Shown here: in pieces, positions 30,318-47,098 of the stretch
How the letters are laid out: each line of letters opens with the position of its first letter
Position numbering within the stretch: position 1 is the first letter of the stretch
Source of the DNA: Dictyostelium discoideum
Lineage: Eukaryota
Assembly (NCBI GenBank): GCA_000004695.1
Contig: CM000154.2
Coordinates: 4,352,001 to 4,416,000, forward strand
Length of the DNA: 64,000 nucleotides
Direction of reading: 5' to 3'
Made by a program: the position numbers and the translations under genes
Notes under the pieces: model-generated
The model's input: only the letters and a program-made list of their open reading frames with translations
Told to the model about the DNA's origin: nothing
The model's database searches: none

Positions 30318-31189
30318 TTTTTTTTTTATTTAATTTTGTATTATATATATAGTTATTTGTTTATTTTTTTATTATTTTTTTATTTATTTTTTTATTTTTT
30401 ATTTGCTTATTTGCTTATTTGTTTTTTATTATTAGAAATCTAAATATCTATATTTTTCTTTTCTTTTTTTTTTTTCTTTTTTTTTTATCTAAAATTCTTA
30501 ATTCTATTGAAATACCATATATTATGAAAAATAAAAATAAAAATAAAAATAAAAAAAAGTGTGTTTATGGTAATAAAAAAAAAAACAATGGAAATTTTTT
30601 TTTTTTTTTTTTTTTTTATTTTTTTATTTGTATATTATATCTGTGTAATTATTTTATAAATTAAATTTTTTTTTTTTTTTGAATTTTTGTTTTTGAATTT
30701 TTTATAATTTTTTTTTTTTTGAAAGTGTGTGAAAATAAAAAAAATATTTAAAAATTTAAAAAAAAAAAAAAGAAAAAAAAAAAAAGATTTTTATTAATTT
30801 AATACTACTCTTTAGGTGTGTTTAGTTAAAATTAAATTGGAATTACCTCAAGATCAGAATTTACTAAAACCTTCCCACTTGTATATATTTGGAACTAAAG
30901 AAAAGAAAAAAAAAAAAAAAGGAAATTCCATATCATACAAATGAAATATTAAAAGTAGCCCAAAGAAGAAAAGTAGTCGAGACCCAAAGCAGAATTCACA
31001 AAATCTTATCAAAAATTAAAAGAATTCAAAACCAAGAACAAGTATAAGAAATTGAATTTCATTCCCCCATCTTTATCTTATATTTGTTTTTAGATCTTTA
31101 ATTTTTTTAATTTCAGATGAGATTTCTTGTGAATTCTCTATGGTATCGGGCCTAAAATAAATAAATAAATAAATTATTAAATAAAAAAT

Positions 31190-31195
31190 AACAAA

Positions 31196-31262
<67 letters not shown>

Positions 31263-31264
31263 AA
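31190..31264. repeat. (AAAT)~18 microsatellite.
   Basis: Direct reading of the sequence. Confidence 0.9.
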
Positions 31265-31354
31265 ATAACAATTAATTTTTAAACTTTATGTTTTATTGTG
31301 TTATTACTTTTTTTCATTTAATTAAAAAATTGGATTATTATTATTTTTTAAAAT

Positions 31355-32254
31355 TTATTTATAATTTTGATTTAAATAAGAACCATTTATATGTCTATCT
31401 TTAATTTCAGATATTGGAGTTTTTTGATATAAGAAACCAGAATTTGATTTCTTACTACTACTACTACCACTACTATTACCACTATTATTATTATCAATTA
31501 ATGGTTGTAATTCTTTAATTAAACCTGATAAAGAAGATGAAGTATGACCATGACATTGAAATATTCTTTGATTATAATTACCAATTTTAACTCGAATTGT
31601 AAAATCAATAAAGTTGGATGGATTATTATTATCATTATTATTATTATTATTATTTTTATTCGATGAACTACTTGTTGGAGCTTTCATTTTTAAAAATAAT
31701 TGATTAATATTATTTGGATCAATGAATATAAGATAACCAATTTTTGACATTAAAGTTATCATTGAACTACTTAAAATCAAATCTTTCTTTAAACAATAAC
31801 CATATAAACCTGGTATATCACAAAATATTTGAATACTTCTAAATAAACTTGAAGAAATCAAAGGTGAAAAAAATGTACAAAATCTTGAGAATTCGATAAC
31901 TGAAACTTCATCCCTTTTTTCATCAATTACCTTTAATATATATCTAATATAATCAAATATATATTCATAATATGCATTATAATTCCTATTTCTATTATTA
32001 TTAATATTATTATTATTATTATTTATAATATTATTATTATTATTATTATAATTATTATTATAAACGCTTCTATTTCTATTATTTTGTTGCTGTTGTTGTC
32101 TTTGATTATTTCTTGATGAATTATTATTTAAATTAAAACTTGAATTTGAATTTGATGTTGAAGATTGTCTATATATATTTAAATGATTTGATAGGAACGT
32201 TTTAAATTTTAACCAAGGTATTGATTCATATATTATTATACTTGTAGTTTCGTC

Positions 32255-32305
<51 letters not shown>

Positions 32306-33331
32306 TTGATTATTATTATTTTGATTATTATTATTATTATTATTAATTAAAGAATCATCATTTTGTTGTAAATATTTTGAAGATGAAATCCAAAATTGTC
32401 TACCATTTAAACTTGGTATATTATTTAAAATGATTTCAGATAATCTTGATCTAATTTCAATGAATGATGGTCTAATTGATGGATCATGTTTCCAACATAA
32501 TCTAATTAAATCTTGAATACCTTTTGGTAAATGGTCCAATGGTAAATGTGATTCTCTTTCCATATCAGTTTTAATTTGTTTAACTTGTTCTCTTGATAAT
32601 GATTCATATGGTAATGTCCAATTTAAACATTCCCATAACATTATACCAAATGAAAATACATCAACTGATTTATTAATTAAATTATTATTTTGATTATTAT
32701 TACATAATAATTCTGGTGGTGAATATCTATATGATCCCATATTTAAACTATTATTATTATTATTTTGATTATTATTATTTAAAAATTTACTAATACCAAA
32801 ATCAATTAATTTTAATTTATTATTTTTTGAATTTTTTAAAATATTTGAAGGTTTTAAATCGAAATGAATAATACCAATTTCATTGTGTAAATAAATCATA
32901 GCATCAACAATTTGTTGAAAATCTTGAATTACTTTTAAAGGATTTGGTAATGATGATGATGGTGACAATGGTAGTGACTGACTTGGATATTTATCCAAAC
33001 TATTACCATCGATAAATTCTAATAATATAATTCTTTCAATGGTTGAATAAGTTATAATCTTTACAATATTTGGATGATTTAGTCTCTCCAATATTAAAAC
33101 TTCATTTTCAAACTCTTTTGAAATTAAACTACTACTTAATGATGGTTTGAACCTTTTCATTGCTGTACCCATATATTTATAAATTGAACATTGACCACCT
33201 TCACCAATTTTATTACTATCATTAAATATCTCCTCTAATCCATTATTTGGTAATAATGTTGTTGTATTATTTAATAGTTGTGTCCTTGGTGATATATTAT
33301 TATTATTTGATTGTTGTAACATTGAATTATT

Positions 33332-33371
<40 letters not shown>

Positions 33372-34337
33372 GATGGTGGTGGTGGTGGTAGTTGTTGTTG
33401 TTGTAATTGAATTAAATTTGGTAATAATGAAGAAGATGATGATAATGATGTTCTTAAACTATTTGACCTTATTAAATTTTGAATTGATTGAATTCTTTGT
33501 AATGGTGATGACGATGACGATGATGATGATAATGTTAATGGTGATGATGATAATGGTGATGATGAAATATTACTATTATTATTACTACTATTATTGATAG
33601 ATGATGATAATGATGATGTTGACAAACCACTTGATGAAGCTGATAATAATGAAGCTGATAATAATGATGTTGATAATAATGATGATGATGTTGAATTTGA
33701 CATTGAAAGTGATGATAATGATGAAAATGATGTATTATAACTAACACCACTATTATCTTTAATGGGTGAAATGGGTTTTTGTTGAAGTTGTTGCAGTTGC
33801 AGTTGCTGTAATAGTTCTTGTTGTTGATCTTTATATATTGGTTTTTTTGGTATTACTTTTGTTTCATATCTTTGTTCTATAATCTCAATCTCTTCTTTTT
33901 CTTTTTCTTTCCCTTTTTCTTTTCCTTTAATTGATTTATCACTATCTCTACTCTTTCCAATATCTTTTGTATTATCATCTTCTACGACATCGTCATCCTC
34001 TTCTTCATCACTATCTTCTTCATCCTCTTCATCCTCTTCATCATCATCATCTTCATCACTATCTTCTTTTATGAATGTTTGAAGGAATTTTAAGTTGAAT
34101 GGTTTATTCTAAATAAAAGAAATGTTAAAAATTTATGTTGGGGAAAAATAAAAAAAAATAAAAAAAAAAAAAATAAAAAAAACATACCAAATAGATAGTT
34201 TGTAACTTTCTAATTCTGGAATCAATAGTATCAAATAATATTTGTTTCTCTTTTGTTGACAATTGTTTAACTAATGCTATGAATGAATCTTTATCATCTT
34301 TTTTTAATATTAATATTTTCTTTTCAAATGAATTCAT
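31355..34337 (-). CDS. Protein kinase of the TKL-like Ser/Thr type. Two exons: 34337..34188 and 34108..31355, giving about 967 aa. Between the N-terminal exon and the kinase domain there is a long Asp/Glu-rich stretch.
   Basis: The catalytic motifs are present in order: IGEGGQCSIY (GxGxxG), AMKRF (VAIK), HFDLKPSN (subdomain VIb, non-RD), DFGISKF, SPPE and DVFSFGIMLWE. The 782-aa track ORF remains open upstream of its first Met, with no stop back to an acceptor TTTAG|AAT at 34110/34108. Exon 1 (MNSFEKK..RKLQTIYL, 50 codons) ends at the donor ttg|GTATGT at 34187, in phase 0. Confidence 0.65.
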
Positions 34338-34528
34338 TATTTATTTATTTATTTATTTTTAATTTTTTTTTTTTATAGTACATTTAATTTATATTTATAT
34401 TTATATTATAATATTTTTTATTTATTTTTTTTATTTTTTTATTTTTTTATTTTTTTTTTTTTTTATTTTGTTATTCTAAACTACATATATTTATTTTACA
34501 AGGGATGATAATACATACAAGAAGAAGG

Positions 34529-34579
<51 letters not shown>

Positions 34580-34583
34580 GTTC

Positions 34584-34626
<43 letters not shown>

Positions 34627-34962
34627 ACCTTCGAAACATCTTGCTCTAAAAATAGGAGTTTTTTTTTTTTTTCAAAAGAAGAACTGTGACATTGATCATT
34701 ATTTTTTTAATACGAAAATAATTTCTTTCAAATTAATATTTTATTTGAAAAATCTAAAAATAACATATTTTTTTATTTTTTTATTTTTTTTTTGTTTTAA
34801 AATTTTTTTTTTTTTTTAGTTACGTTTTGGAAAAAAAAAAAAAGATTTTTTAAAAATAGAAATATTATTACTAAGAATTAAAAAATTTCCTTAAATCGTT
34901 CATTTTGAATTATTATTTTTTTTATTTTGTTAAATTTTTTTAAATTTTATTTTTAATTATTT

Positions 34963-34999
<37 letters not shown>

Positions 35000-35154
35000 C
35001 TGATTTTTTTCTTGTGATTTGTTTTTTTTTTTTTTTTTTTTTTTTGTGAGAAAAAAAAAAAAAATCAAAATCCAAATTTTTTTTTTTTTTTTATAATCAA
35101 TTCAAAAAATAACAAATAAAAAATAATTAATTAAATAAATAATATTAAACAAAT

Positions 35155-35201
<47 letters not shown>

Positions 35202-35214
35202 ATAATTAATAATA
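34338..35214. promoter_or_regulatory. Divergent promoter region shared by the kinase gene (minus strand) and the tRNase Z gene (plus strand).
   Basis: The two start codons are 877 bp apart in head-to-head orientation. The region has extreme A/T homopolymers (A23, A35, T20). Confidence 0.5.
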
Positions 35215-37650
35215 ATGAAATCATTTTTAGAAATTACAGGAGAAAATGGTGATACACCAACAACAAGTTATTTATTTTCAGATTCTGATAGATATTTTTT
35301 TGATTGTGGTGATGGATTTCAAAGATTCATTAAAGGAAGGTCAAATATAACATTTGGTAAAATTAAATCAATATTCATAACATCATTATCATGGGATTGT
35401 ATTGGTGGGTTAATTGGTCTATTCTTAACTATGGCAGAATTGAATATTAAAGTTCGTTTATATGGTCCAAAAGGTTTACATAAATTATTTACATCATCAA
35501 GAGAATTTCAATATCAATTGAATGTAGAAATTTATGAAGTTGATTCAACAATAATTCAAACTATTAAAGATGATTCATTTACATTTTATACATTACCAAT
35601 TACTAATAAAAACAATAAAGATGATGATAATGATGAAATTAAATCGATTATTGATGAAAGTAAAACTCCAACTTTAGCATATTATGGTAGAAATCCACAA
35701 CCTATACCAACAACTATTGAGAATGATTATGAATATGAAGAAAGTTCAATAGTTTGTTATATTGGTATGACAAAAGATTTTAAAGGTAAATTCTATCCAG
35801 AGAAAGCTGTAGCATTAGGTGTACCAAAAGGTATTTCATTTAAACATTTACAAGATGGCAAATCTGTGACAAATAAAGATGGAGTTACAATTACACCTGA
35901 TCAAGTTATGGATAAATCGATTAAAGGTACAAAATTTGCAATCATTAGATGTCCATCAATTGAATATTTACCAAGTTTAAAATCACATCTTTCAATGTTT
36001 ACAGATATTCATATTGTAAATCATATAGTTCCAAATGAAGTTTTATCAAATTTAAATTATATTAAATTTATGGAAGATATTAATCAACAATCAACAGCAG
36101 CAGCAATTAATACAAAACATATTATTGTAAATAATGAAAATTGTGAAAGGGTTTCAGGTTGTCAATCATCTGATAATCAAATTTTAAAACTTCAAAAATT
36201 TATACCATCATTATTTCCAATGAAACAACAATCTAGTGAACATGATAGTTTAGTTAAATCAATTGAATTTTTAAATGATTCAAAAATATTAAAAGATCAA
36301 ATTAATGTTTTCCCATGTAAAGAAACTACAAATTTAATATTAGGTCCACCACAAAATGCAGGTGATATTGAATTTTTACCATTAAATAATAATAATAATG
36401 GCGAAGGTGGTGTTGATTCAAATGAAAATGAAGGTTCTTCTGATAATAAATCAATGGAAGAATTTATAAATACAGAACAAGGTCAATTATTTAAAAAACA
36501 ATTAGATCAACAAGTTGAACAATTAGAATCAAATCCAAATAAATGTTGTCATCCAAAAATATTATTCACAGGTACAGGTTCAGCAATACCAAGTAAATAT
36601 AGAAATGTTACAGGTAATTTCATAACATTGGCAGATGATCAAAATATTCTATTAGATGCAGGTGAAGGTACATTTGGTCAATTGTATCGTTTCTTTGGTC
36701 CAATTGAAGTGAAAAAGCAATTAATTAATTTGAAAATGATTTGGTTATCACATTTACATGCTGATCATCATTTAGGTATACCAAATATTTGTGAAAAAAG
36801 ACAACAATATGCTCAAGAATTAGGTTTAAAAGATAATGAATTAGAGCCATTAATTATAATTGGACCAGAGGCATTGATTCAATGGGTTAATGAATTATCA
36901 GTTATTGTAAATTTAAAATTCATTGGTATTGCTATCAATGGTAATCATTCAAATCAATTGGTACAAACTTGTAAGAAATTAAATATTAAATCATTTTCAA
37001 TGGTACCTGTAATTCATTGTAATTATGCTTTTGGTTTAGTTATTGAATGGAATGATGGATTCAAATTAACTTATTCAGGTGATACTCGTCCTTGTAAATT
37101 CCTATCTGAAATGGGTAAAGATTCATGTGTACAAATTCATGAAGCAACTTTTGAAGATGAAAAACAAATGGATGCTGTCTCAAAAAGACATTCAACTGTT
37201 GGTGAAGCTTTAGAAGTTGGTAGATTAATGAATTGTAAATTCTCTTTATTAACTCATTTTAGTCAACGTTATCCAAATTTAAAAATGGGTACATATAAAG
37301 ATACAAATTATGGTTTGGCAATTGATTTACTTCAAATTTCACCTTATCAATATCCATTAGTTTATAAAATGATTGAACCATTTTCTTTATTATTTGAAAA
37401 TGAAGCTCAAAAGAAATTAGATAAAAAATCAACTCAACCAACAACAACAAGTAAATCAAAATCTACAAAAACAGAAGATGAAAATAATACAATTGAAAAA
37501 GATGCTAAAAGATTAGAGAAATATCAAAATAAATATAAAGATGAAGTAATATTACCAGCTTATGTATATAATATTGATTCAAATTCTTTAACTTTAATAG
37601 AAAATACATTTGATGATTTATCAAGTCAACCTCAATTTGAAGATGATTAA
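35215..37650 (+). CDS. Long-form tRNase Z (ELAC2-like tRNA 3'-processing endoribonuclease), 811 aa, single exon.
   Basis: The N-terminal half is a pseudo-metallo-beta-lactamase domain. The C-terminal half carries the HxHxDH zinc motif (LSHLHADHHLG), the GTGSAIPSKYRN motif and the TFEDE...HST motif. The size matches ELAC2. Confidence 0.8.
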   Translation: MKSFLEITGENGDTPTTSYLFSDSDRYFFDCGDGFQRFIKGRSNITFGKIKSIFITSLSWDCIGGLIGLFLTMAELNIKVRLYGPKGLHKLFTSSREFQYQLNVEIYEVDSTIIQTIKDDSFTFYTLPITNKNNKDDDNDEIKSIIDESKTPTLAYYGRNPQPIPTTIENDYEYEESSIVCYIGMTKDFKGKFYPEKAVALGVPKGISFKHLQDGKSVTNKDGVTITPDQVMDKSIKGTKFAIIRCPSIEYLPSLKSHLSMFTDIHIVNHIVPNEVLSNLNYIKFMEDINQQSTAAAINTKHIIVNNENCERVSGCQSSDNQILKLQKFIPSLFPMKQQSSEHDSLVKSIEFLNDSKILKDQINVFPCKETTNLILGPPQNAGDIEFLPLNNNNNGEGGVDSNENEGSSDNKSMEEFINTEQGQLFKKQLDQQVEQLESNPNKCCHPKILFTGTGSAIPSKYRNVTGNFITLADDQNILLDAGEGTFGQLYRFFGPIEVKKQLINLKMIWLSHLHADHHLGIPNICEKRQQYAQELGLKDNELEPLIIIGPEALIQWVNELSVIVNLKFIGIAINGNHSNQLVQTCKKLNIKSFSMVPVIHCNYAFGLVIEWNDGFKLTYSGDTRPCKFLSEMGKDSCVQIHEATFEDEKQMDAVSKRHSTVGEALEVGRLMNCKFSLLTHFSQRYPNLKMGTYKDTNYGLAIDLLQISPYQYPLVYKMIEPFSLLFENEAQKKLDKKSTQPTTTSKSKSTKTEDENNTIEKDAKRLEKYQNKYKDEVILPAYVYNIDSNSLTLIENTFDDLSSQPQFEDD

Positions 37651-37815
37651 AAAAAAAAAAATAATAATAAAAGAAATTTATTTTATTTTATTTTATTTAT
37701 TTATTCATTTATTAAAATTTGATATTACAATATTATTTATTCAAAAGAAAAAGTTATTTTTTTAGATTTTTAGTTTTTTTTTTTTTTTTAACCCTTACCT
37801 CCTTTTTATATTTTT

Positions 37816-39535
37816 TTAGAATTTTACAACTTTTACATCATCTAATAATTTGCAAACATCAAGAGATTGATTAAAATCATTTGATAAAATGATCTTTTTT
37901 ACAGACTTTGGAATTGAACCATTTAATAAAGGTTGTTTTAAATAACCTAAATGTAATTCTTCAACAGAATCTGGAATTATTGATGGTAATAAACATTGAT
38001 CAAATCCATTTTGTAATGAAATACATTTTACAGAATTTGGAATTGAACCTTCCAATAAATCTTTTTTAATAGCATGAATATCTAACCATTGGATACCATC
38101 TGGTACAATACCTGGTAATAAAACTTGATTAAAGTTACTACCGAATGTAATATTCTTAATTGTATTTGGTATTGAACCAAACATTAACTCTTTTTTAATA
38201 TCATGAATTGATAATACTACAACTTCATTTGAAATTACACCAGGTAGTAATTGATCGAATCCATCATTAATTGTTAAAAATTTTACTGATTTTGGAATTG
38301 ATCCTTCAATTAATGGTTTATCTAATTGAAAACAATGGATTGTTTTAATGGTTTCAGGTAATGTTCCTGGTGAAATAAATTGATTAAATCCATTCAATAA
38401 AATAATTGAATTGACATTTGGTCCAAATTTAAATTTTGATAAATTACCACAATCTTTACCAAATGCAATATTTGAAATGTTTTCATTTTCAATTGGGAAT
38501 GGGTAACTTTCTGAGTAGACATAAAATTTTAATCCATTATCTATTTTTTTTAATCAAAATAATTAAAAATTAATATCATTATTTTAATTTTATAATAATT
38601 GTTTTTAATTTATACATACAAGTTACATATCTGTAATTATCTTTATCAAATTGAATATTATTTTTATCATTTACATTTTCATTATTATTATTATCTTCTT
38701 GATTAATTTTATTTGAAACAATTTCATTTTTATTTTTTAAAGAAAAAAATGATTTAAATGATTCTTTTACATTATTAAGTTCATTATTATTAATGGTAAT
38801 AATATTATTTTTATAATTATCAGAAATTGTATTATTATTTTTTTCTTTTAATATAAGTAATGATTCTTGATATTTTTTAATAATATTTTTAATTTCTTTA
38901 TTAATTTCATTTTCATTTTCTTTTTCATTATCATTTTCTTTTTCTTTTTCATTTTCATTTGATAATTTTTTAATTTCATTTAAATTATTAATTGAAATTG
39001 AATTTTTAATACTTGATAATATTTGATCATAATTATTAATTGATGTTGTTATTGAAGAATTTAAATTTGAATTTTCTTCAAGTGTTGATTTTAATTGATT
39101 TTTTAAATCATTTTCAATGATGTTGATTAAATTATGAATTTTTTTAAATTCATTTGTTATTAATTCAATATTATTATCAAATTCATTTTTAATTTGATTA
39201 TATTTATTATTTGATAGATTTAATAAAATTTTATCATTTTTTATTGTTTCTGAAATTGTTGGATGAATTTTATTTTTGAAAATTTCAATTAATGATAAAA
39301 CATTGGTTTCATCCAATAGGTTTGCTTTATGACCTCTATGATGTTTATCACTTGTTAAACAATGAATGCAACATGGTATTAATTCACAATCTGAGCATAA
39401 AAATGTAATTTCATATTTTGGGTGTAATTGACATTTATTAATATTATTATTATTATTATAAATATTAATACTATTATCTTTATTATTAATTATATTATTT
39501 AAAACATTTTCATCAACAACATTATTTGAAATCAT
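37816..39535 (-). CDS. Diverged, inverted B-box/coiled-coil/FNIP gene. Two exons: 39535..38620 and 38540..37816.
   Basis: Exon 1 encodes CQLHPKYEITFLCSDCELIPCCIHCLTSDKHHRGH followed by a Glu/Lys/Asn-rich coiled coil. The donor t|GTATGT is at 38619, in phase 1. Only the distal acceptor ATAG (38543-38541) gives an open frame (..YRYVT|Y NGLKFYVYSESYPFPIENENISNIAFGKDCGNLSKF..LLNGFNQ). The proximal CAG would create TAA. Exon 2 encodes 7-8 FNIP repeats. Confidence 0.6.
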
Positions 39536-40044
39536 TTTATTGATAAATATACAATTATAATTTTATAACTTTAATAATAAAAATAAAAAATTATTTTTTG
39601 TGTTGAATAAAAAAAAAAAAAAATTTATTAATTATATATTATTAACGTAATTATTTCATAAAAAAAAAAAAAAAAAAAAAACAAATCAAAAAATTAAAAA
39701 ATATATTTAATAATGAAAAAAAAAGTGGTATAACCACATCAACACCCTCACACACAATTTCTGCGGGGCAAATTCATAATTATGAATTTACCATTGTGTT
39801 AATATTATTATTTTTTACTAGCATTTAATTTTAAAATTTTTTTTTTTTTTTTAATAATAAAAATTTATTTGTTGGTGGGTAACAAAAAAAAAAAGTGTTT
39901 GGTATTCCAGTTTAAAATAATTAAATTATAATTTTTTTATTATTATTATTTTTTTTTTATTAAAAAAAATACTTGCATAATGATATGCTAAATATTTCCA
40001 TAATTATATTTATTTATATTGTTTTCTTATATTTTTTATTTTTT

Positions 40045-41418
40045 TTATTTTAATTTTTTAAAATTTTTTCTATAGATTTTATTATTTGGATTATATTCTG
40101 AACATTTTGGATCATTTTTAGGTGCAGGTTCACATAGGCAATAATAATCTAAATCATGATAAATATAAATACAAGGATCTTTTATAAAACAAACATTACC
40201 ACCTTCAAATATTTTAATATTTGAATTTTCATTAAAAATAGTAATATTCTTACAACCTGAATTTCTATTTACAAATCCTACTAAATTAAAATGATCAATA
40301 TATGTAACATTAATTAAATTATTTCTACCAATTAAAAATTTTAATGAATTTGGATCATTTCCAAAATAACCAACTGCTCTGAAAAATCCTATAAAAAAAA
40401 AAAAAAAATTTTATTATTTTATTAATTTAAAAATTAAAATAAATTATAATTATTATTTTTTTAAAAAAAAAATCACATACCTCCATTTGAATCTGGTTGA
40501 GTTTTAATTGAATCAATTGTAATTTGTTTTTTTTGATCACAATTTGGACCAATGTAGCCATATTTACAATGACATTCATAAAAACCACCACTAATATAAC
40601 CAAATTTACAATTTGATAAAGGTTTATATTCTGAAAAGTTCCAAATTATTTCATTTTGAATAATTTTAAATTGAAGAGGTTCATTATTATAATTTAATAA
40701 TTTACCAATATTACATCTAATTGTATAATTATTTCTTGATGTTATATTACATGGTTTATTATCAATTGTGATTCTATAAATTTGATTCTTGTAAAAGTAT
40801 CCTATCAACCTAACTTCTCCACCATCAACTTTTGCAGGTTTCAATTGAAACACTTCAGGTTTAAATTTTTCACAATTTTTACCAAAATAACCTGCTTCCC
40901 AACATATTCTTCTACCTGTTAATTCTGATAATGTAGTTTCACTACCACCACTACCACTACCACTACCACCATTTTTATATTCTATTGAATAATTTACTCT
41001 AGTATCTTCAAAAATAATTATATCTTTTAAATTATATGGATCTTTAAAATTGTAATCATCCAAAATTTTAACGATTGGATTTACTATATCACTTTTTTGA
41101 AAATAATCTGAACATCTTGGAAAACCTTTTAATGTTGGTTCACAAAGACAATAAAAATCTTTACTTTGATTATAATACATGTTATTACATCTGTTTGCAT
41201 CAAAACATAATAGATCATTACCACTAAATAATAATTCATTAGTTATTGAATCATAAATTGATATTTTCTTACATCCAATATCACCTTTAACAAAACCAAA
41301 AATTTCTCTAGAATCAATAAATGAAATATTTGCTCTATTATTATTATTATCACCAACTATAAAATTCATTGGGTTTGGATATTTACCAAAAAATCCAATT
41401 GCTCTAAAAAATCCTTTC

Positions 41419-41455
<37 letters not shown>

Positions 41456-42048
41456 AATATTTTAAAAATAAATAATTAATTAAATTATTTACCTCCTTTT
41501 TCTTCTGGTTGAGTTAAAATTTGATCAATTGAAATTGGTCTATCTTTATCACAATTTGTACCAACATATCCAAAATCACAAACACATTTTATAAAACCAC
41601 TTGTTATATAACCATTTTCACATTCTGGAAATGGTGTATATTCTGGATATGTCCAAATTATACCATTTTGATAAATTTTAAAATCTACAGGTTCATAATC
41701 TTTTAATTCACCGATATTACATTTAATAGAATAATTATCATATGATGTAATATTACATGGTATATTATCAATTGTAATTTTATATTCATTTTTATCATAA
41801 AAATAACCAACTAAACTAACTTCACCACCTTCAAGATTTGCAGGAACTAATTGAAAAACTTCTGGTTTTGTTTTTTCACAATTTGAACCATATCTTCCTT
41901 CTTGAGCACACGCTCTTAAATTATTTAATTCACTCGATTTTAAATCTGAAATAACATTTGTATCAATTGACCAACTACCTTGTGTTAAAATTATATTATA
42001 ATAATTATTAATTAATAATATTAAAAAATATAATTTTATAATATACAT
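40045..42048 (-). CDS. Secreted cysteine-rich protein of about 610 aa with an A-B-A'-B' module structure. Three exons: 42048..41493, 41413..40481 and 40388..40045.
   Basis: Exon 1 has a signal peptide (MYIIKLYFLILLINNYYNIILTQG) and module A (..CEKTKPEVFQL..GGEV.L.GYFY..ITIDN.PCNITS....I.CNIG...CDFGYVGTNCD...GG). The donors g|GTAAAT (41492) and g|GTATGT (40480) are both in phase 1, directly after a GG dipeptide. Exons 2 and 3 each begin GFFRA[IV]G[FY]FG. The track ORFs 41485..42048 and 40473..41420 are exons 1 and 2. Confidence 0.55.
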
Positions 42049-42480
42049 TTTTTTTTTTTATTTTATTAATAATAATAAAAATAATAATAATAAAATTTTA
42101 TTATTATTATTTTTATTATTATTAATAAAATAAAAAAAATAATAAAATAAAAAAACGAATAAATAAAAAACTATAATAAAAAAAATAAATGAATAAATAA
42201 AAATAAAATTGAAAATAAATAATTACAATTAGTAATAGTAAAATTAATTATTTAAAATTTAAAATATGTGGGTTATTCTTTTTCAACAAAAAAATAAATT
42301 GTGGTTAATGTGTTTTAATTTTATTAATTTTTTTTTTTTTTTTTTTTTTAATGTCAATTCTTGAAATAGTAGTAATAGTATTAAAAGATTGAAATTATTA
42401 TTAAAAAATAAAAAAGTTAATTCTTTTAATTATTATCATTATTATTATTTTAAAAATTATTAACCTTTGGTATAAAAGTC

Positions 42481-42536
42481 ATTTTATTATTATTATTATT
42501 ATTTATTTATTTTATTTTATTTTATTTTATTTTATT

Positions 42537-42545
<9 letters not shown>
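42481..42545. repeat. (ATTTT)~12 microsatellite next to the 3' end of the UBE2O-like gene.
   Basis: Direct reading of the sequence. Confidence 0.85.
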
Positions 42546-45916
<3,371 letters not shown>

Positions 45917-46718
45917 AATGAATTAATATTAATCTTTTATTACCACTAAAAAAAATAAATAAAAAAACAAATAAAAAAAAAAAAGTGTGGAAAAACCTTT
46001 TTTTTTTTTCTTGAAATTTATTTTTTAATTACGAAAAAAAAATAAAAAAAATAAAAATTAAAATTAAAATAAACTATTATTTCAAAATTTTGAAAAAAAA
46101 AGGAAATCCAATTATTTTGGTAATTTATTTTTAAAAAAAATGAGAAAATGTGGAAAAAAAAAAAATAAAAATATTCTATAAATAGAATTTGCTTTTTTTT
46201 ATTTACCATTAAATATAATAATATATAATAATATATAATATATATTATTATATATATAATAAACTCCACAAATTTTTTTTTTTTTTTATTTCATCAATGA
46301 AGAAATATATTTTTTTATTATTATTATTATTATTTTTATATTTATATTACTATTACTGTTATTTTGTGATTCGATGAAATTAATCCTAACCCTTAATTCG
46401 TTATTGTTATTGTTATTATTATTATTATTTTTTTAATTATTATTATTATACTATTTTCATTAATTTTTAATTTTATCTAAATATCCAATACCACATCGTG
46501 GTGTGTATGCGTGCGTGTGAGTATGCTTGATTTACTTTCTTTTTCTTTTTCTTTTTTTTTATTTTCTTTTTTTCTTTTTTCTTTTTTTCTTTTTTCTTTT
46601 TTTCTTTTTTTTTATTTTTTTCTTTTTTTATATTTTTTTTTTTTATTAATTTTGTGATGGGTGGTGGTCATTGAAAGGGGGAGGGGAAGTTTGATATGTT
46701 ATGTTGAGTGCACCGACC

Positions 46719-46749
<31 letters not shown>

Positions 46750-46764
46750 TTATTCTACTATCCA

Positions 46765-47048
46765 TTAATGACTGCTATTCATTTTTGCTAAAAATGCACC
46801 CCACCCTATATTACAAACATTCATAAAAGTAACTCTGTGTATGCTACTTATATAAGCGAAATTTACGAAATTGATGAATGGCCAAACCACACAATCTGAA
46901 ACATATGTTGTCAACCAATCCTTTTTAAGTTTTTCTACGATATCATCCTTTGATTTACCTTCTAAAATACCCATACCTAAAAATAAATAAATAAAAAAAT
47001 AATAATAATAATATTAAAAATAATTTATTATTTTAGTAAATTGAGAAT

Positions 47049-47098
<50 letters not shown>

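Noticed and set aside
46480-46530. A GT-rich alternating purine/pyrimidine block (gtggtgtgtatgcgtgcgtgtgagtatg) and similar gtgtgtg patches at 4197-4212, 63252-63276 and 63968-64000.
   Set aside because: They are short and not obviously conserved in position relative to genes. They may be Z-DNA-prone or promoter elements, but the evidence is too weak for a separate feature.
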